A DNA stretch of 64,000 bases from Mobula hypostoma (Eukaryota), in assembly GCF_963921235.1 (NCBI RefSeq), contig NC_086097.1, positions 93,188,001-93,252,000 of the forward strand, in the 5' to 3' direction. Of this stretch, positions 60,786 through 64,000 are shown one piece after another; the first letter of the stretch is position 1; every line of letters begins with the position of its first letter. The notes beneath the pieces were generated by a model. The model was given only the letters and a program-made list of their open reading frames with translations. It was not told where the DNA came from and did no database searches. Made by a program: the position numbers and the translations under genes.

Positions 60786-62058
60786 AGAAACATTGAAACA
60801 CAGAAACATAGGAAGTAGGTGCAGGAGTAGGCCATTCGGCCCTTCGAGCCTGCACTGCCATTCAGTATGATCATGGCTGATCATCCAACTCAGAACCCTG
60901 TACCTGCCTTCTCTCCATACCCCCTGATCCCTTTAGCCACAAGGGCCATATCTAACTCCCTCTTAAATATAGCCAATGAACTGGCCTCAACCTTTTCCTT
61001 TGGCAGAGAATTCCACAGATTCACCACTCTCTGTGTGAAGAAGTTTTTCCTCATCTCGGTCCTAAAAGGCTTCCCCTTTATCCTTAAACTGTGACCCCGC
61101 GTTCTGGACTTCACCAACATTGGGAACAATCTTCCTGCATCTAGCCTGTCCAATCCCTTTAGAATTTTATACGTTTCAATAAGATCCCCCCTCAATCTTC
61201 TAAATTCCAGAGAGTATAAGCCTAGTTCATCCAGTCTTTCATCATATGAAAGTCCTGCCATCCCAGGAATCAATCTGGTGAACTTTCTTTGTACTCCCTC
61301 TATGGGAAGAATGTCTTTCCTCAGATTAGGGGACCAAAACTGCACATAATACTCCAGGTGTGGTCTCACCAAGGCCTTGTACAACTGCAGTAGTACCTCC
61401 CTGCTCCTGTACTCGAATCCTCTTGCTATGAATGCCAGCATACCATTTGCCTTTTTCACCACCTGCTGTACCTGCATGCCCACTTTCAATGACTGGTGTA
61501 TAATGACACCCAGGTCTTGTTGCACCTCCCCTTTTCCTAATCGGCCACCATTCAGATAATAATCTGTTTTCCTGTTTTTGCCACCAAAGTGGATAACTTC
61601 ACATTTATCCACATTAAATTGCATCTGCCATAAACTTGCCCACTCACCTAACCTATCCAAGTGACCCTGCATCCTCTTAGCATCCTCCTCACAGCTAACA
61701 CTGCCGCCCAGCTTCGTGTCATCCGCAAACTTGGAGATGCTGCATTTAATTCCCTCGTCTAAGTCATTAATATATATTGTAAACAACTGGGGTCCCAGCA
61801 CTGAGCCTTGCGGTACCCCACTAGTCACTGCCTGCCATTCTGAAAAGGTCCCGTTTATTCCCACTCTTTGCTTCCTGTCTGCCAACCAATTCTCTATCCA
61901 CATCAATACCATACCCCCAATACCGTGTGCTTTAAGTTTGCACACTAATCTCCTGTGTGGGACCTTGTCAAAAGCCTTTTGAAAATCCAAATATACTACA
62001 TCCACTGGTTCTCCCCTATCCACTCTACTAGTTACATCCTCAAAAAATTCTATGAGAT
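60786..62058 (-). mobile_element. Young 5'-truncated CR1 LINE with an uninterrupted RT C-terminal frame (~390 codons)
   Basis: YLDFQKAFDKVPH, GVPQGSVLGP, KFADDTKL, LYKALVRPHLEY, FFTQRVVNLWNSLP with no stops; 3' UTR and (TTTCTATG)-like tail. Confidence 0.93.
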
Positions 62059-62448
62059 TGGAAGGGGAATGGGAATTAAAATATTTGGTCACCTGGAAAT
62101 TCCACTTTTGGCAGATGGAGTGGAGGTGCTCAAAGAAGTGGCTCCCCAATTTATGGTGTGTCTCACCAATGAAGAGGAGGCCACATCAGGAGCACCGGAC
62201 ACAATAGACAGCCCCAACAGATTCGCGAGTGAAGTGTTGCCTCACCTGGAAGGACTTTTTGGGGCTCTGAATGGAGGTGAGGGAGGAAGTGAATGGGCAG
62301 ATGTAGCTCTTTGGCTGTTTGCAGGGATAACTGCTGGGAAGGATGAATGGACAAGGGAATTACAAAGGGAGGGATCCTTGCAGAAAGCAGAGGCGGGAGG
62401 AGGTACAGTATGTTTGGAGATAGCAGAAGTTGCAGAGAGTGATGCATT

Positions 62449-63140
62449 GCACCTTGTCAAAGGTCTTCTGAAAATCCAAGTAAATAGCATCTACTGATTC
62501 TTCTTCATCTATCCTGCCTGTTATTTCCTCAAAGGATTCTAACAAATTGGTCAGACAAGGTTTCCCCTTAAGGAAACCATGCTGACTTTAGCCTACTTTA
62601 TGACATGACTCTAAGTATCCTGAAACCTCATCCTTACTAATATACTCCAGCACCTTCCCAACCACTGAAGTCAGGCAAACCGGCCTATAATTTCCTTTCT
62701 TCTGCCTCCTTCTCTTCTTAAAGAGTGGAGTGACATTTGCAATTTTCCAGTCCTCCAGAGCCATTCCAGAATCTAGTGATGCTTAAAAGGTGACAAGTAA
62801 TGCCTCCACAATCTCTTCAGCTACCTCTTTCAGAACCCTGAGGTGTAGTCCATCCGGTCCAGGTGACTCATCTATCTTCTGACCTTTTAGCTTCCCAAGC
62901 ACCTTGTCCTTAGTAATAGCAACTGCACTCACTTCTGCCCCCAACATTCTTGAATTTCTGGCATGCTGCTATGTCTTCCACAGTGAAGAGTGACGCAAAA
63001 TTCTTATTAAGTTTGTCCGCCATTTCTTTATCCTCCATTACGGTCTCTCCAGCATCATTTTCCGAAAGTCCAATATCCACTCTCACCTCTTTTACTCTTT
63101 ATTTATCTGATAAACTTTTATATTATTGGCTAGCTGACCT
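62449..63140 (-). mobile_element. CR1 ORF2 fragment
   Basis: LESFEEITGRIDEEESVDAIYLDFQKTFDKV; closely similar to ~24790-25440. Confidence 0.8.
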
Positions 63141-64000
63141 GCAGATTTCCTGTTTCATAAGTTGTAACAAAAATGTGATCTATACAGAAAGAACAAGGAT
63201 CTCTGGTTTAGATCAAGCATTTATAAAAACATGTGGGAGAAGATTATTCACTCCTGCAATCTATTCCACCATTCTATATGACCATATATGACCATGGTGA
63301 TTATCTTTCTCAGTTGTGTATCCCTGCTCTCTACCCTTATTCCTTGAGGCCTTTAGTGTCTTGAAATATATCTTAACCATATTTAGCACTTTAGTCTCTA
63401 AAGCTTTCTGTGCTAGATCTCCCAGAAAACTCCCAGTCCTATTTAACTGAGACCTTACCATCTTTAGGGTCTACCTAGCCCTGCCCCACCTGACGTTGAC
63501 TCGCACCTGACCTTGTCTGCACTTCATCTGACCCGCTCCTTAGGAACCACCCTGCTTCTTGGCCACCTCCCCCTCATTTCCTCTGGCTAAGGTGTGCCTT
63601 TTACATCCTTCTGATGCTAGAGTGTTAAATGGCTTGGCAACTCTACCTCTATAGAATGGCACAGACAGTCAGAGCTTAGCACAACAAATAATGCACTACA
63701 TAGCAACACTGAGGTTCAGCTAGTTGCACAACACAGAAGCAGATCCTTGCCAACACGTCCATTCCAACCTTTTAATCCCATTTACCTGCATTAGGTTGTA
63801 TTGTCTGCGCTTTGCCTGTCTGAGTGTTTGCCTGAATGCCTCGTTAAACATAGTGATCACATCTGATTCCACCATTCTGGCAGTGTTTTCCAGATATCAA
63901 CTACTCTGTGTGTGAAAACATGCCCCTCACATCATTCCAGATACACTCACCTAAACTGACTGCAGTCTTCATATTATCTCAGAGATTTGTTCTGTAAATA

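Larger units (their letters stand above)
60025..62445 (-). mobile_element. Older Penelope-like element interrupted by a young Penelope terminal repeat (60134-60396) and a young CR1 (60786-62058)
   Basis: GIY-YIG remnants on both sides of the CR1 (SVHGLLFCHDEATFRVKEQHLIF; FFEHLHSICQK). Confidence 0.8.

Noticed and set aside
60890..62149. 419-aa ORF as a host or domesticated RT gene
   Set aside because: The listed start is TTG in a Penelope remnant; the rest is a 5'-truncated young CR1 lacking the endonuclease and the RT N-terminus. Openness is explained by recent insertion.

Overview
A repeat-saturated vertebrate genomic window. The repeat repertoire (CR1, Rex1/Babar, V-SINE-like, Penelope) points by inference to a cartilaginous fish, probably a ray. 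The only convincing host gene is a single-coding-exon class A GPCR of the prolactin-releasing peptide receptor family (probably prlh2r; 52053-53162, minus). The rest is mostly nested transposable elements: a 13-kb Gypsy element with PNMA-type gag carrying a full-length L1, a Penelope copy and a hAT-type MITE; a younger, nearly intact 4.4-kb Gypsy element; and many CR1, Rex, RTE, SINE, Tigger, Tc1 and hAT remnants. Most notable observations: (i) the younger Gypsy has no tRNA primer-binding site; the 16 nt after its 5' LTR are instead perfectly complementary to the LTR's own AATAAA region, and its RT has YLDN instead of YxDD; (ii) the Penelope terminal repeats contain minimal hammerhead ribozyme motifs; (iii) a perfect 59-bp fold-back lies inside a CR1 copy; (iv) two DNA transposons have possible horizontal-transfer signatures; (v) a composite element is built from two Tc1 mini-hairpins. 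No prokaryotic system or CRISPR array is present. Family names come from motif recognition, not database searches, and boundaries of old fragments are approximate.
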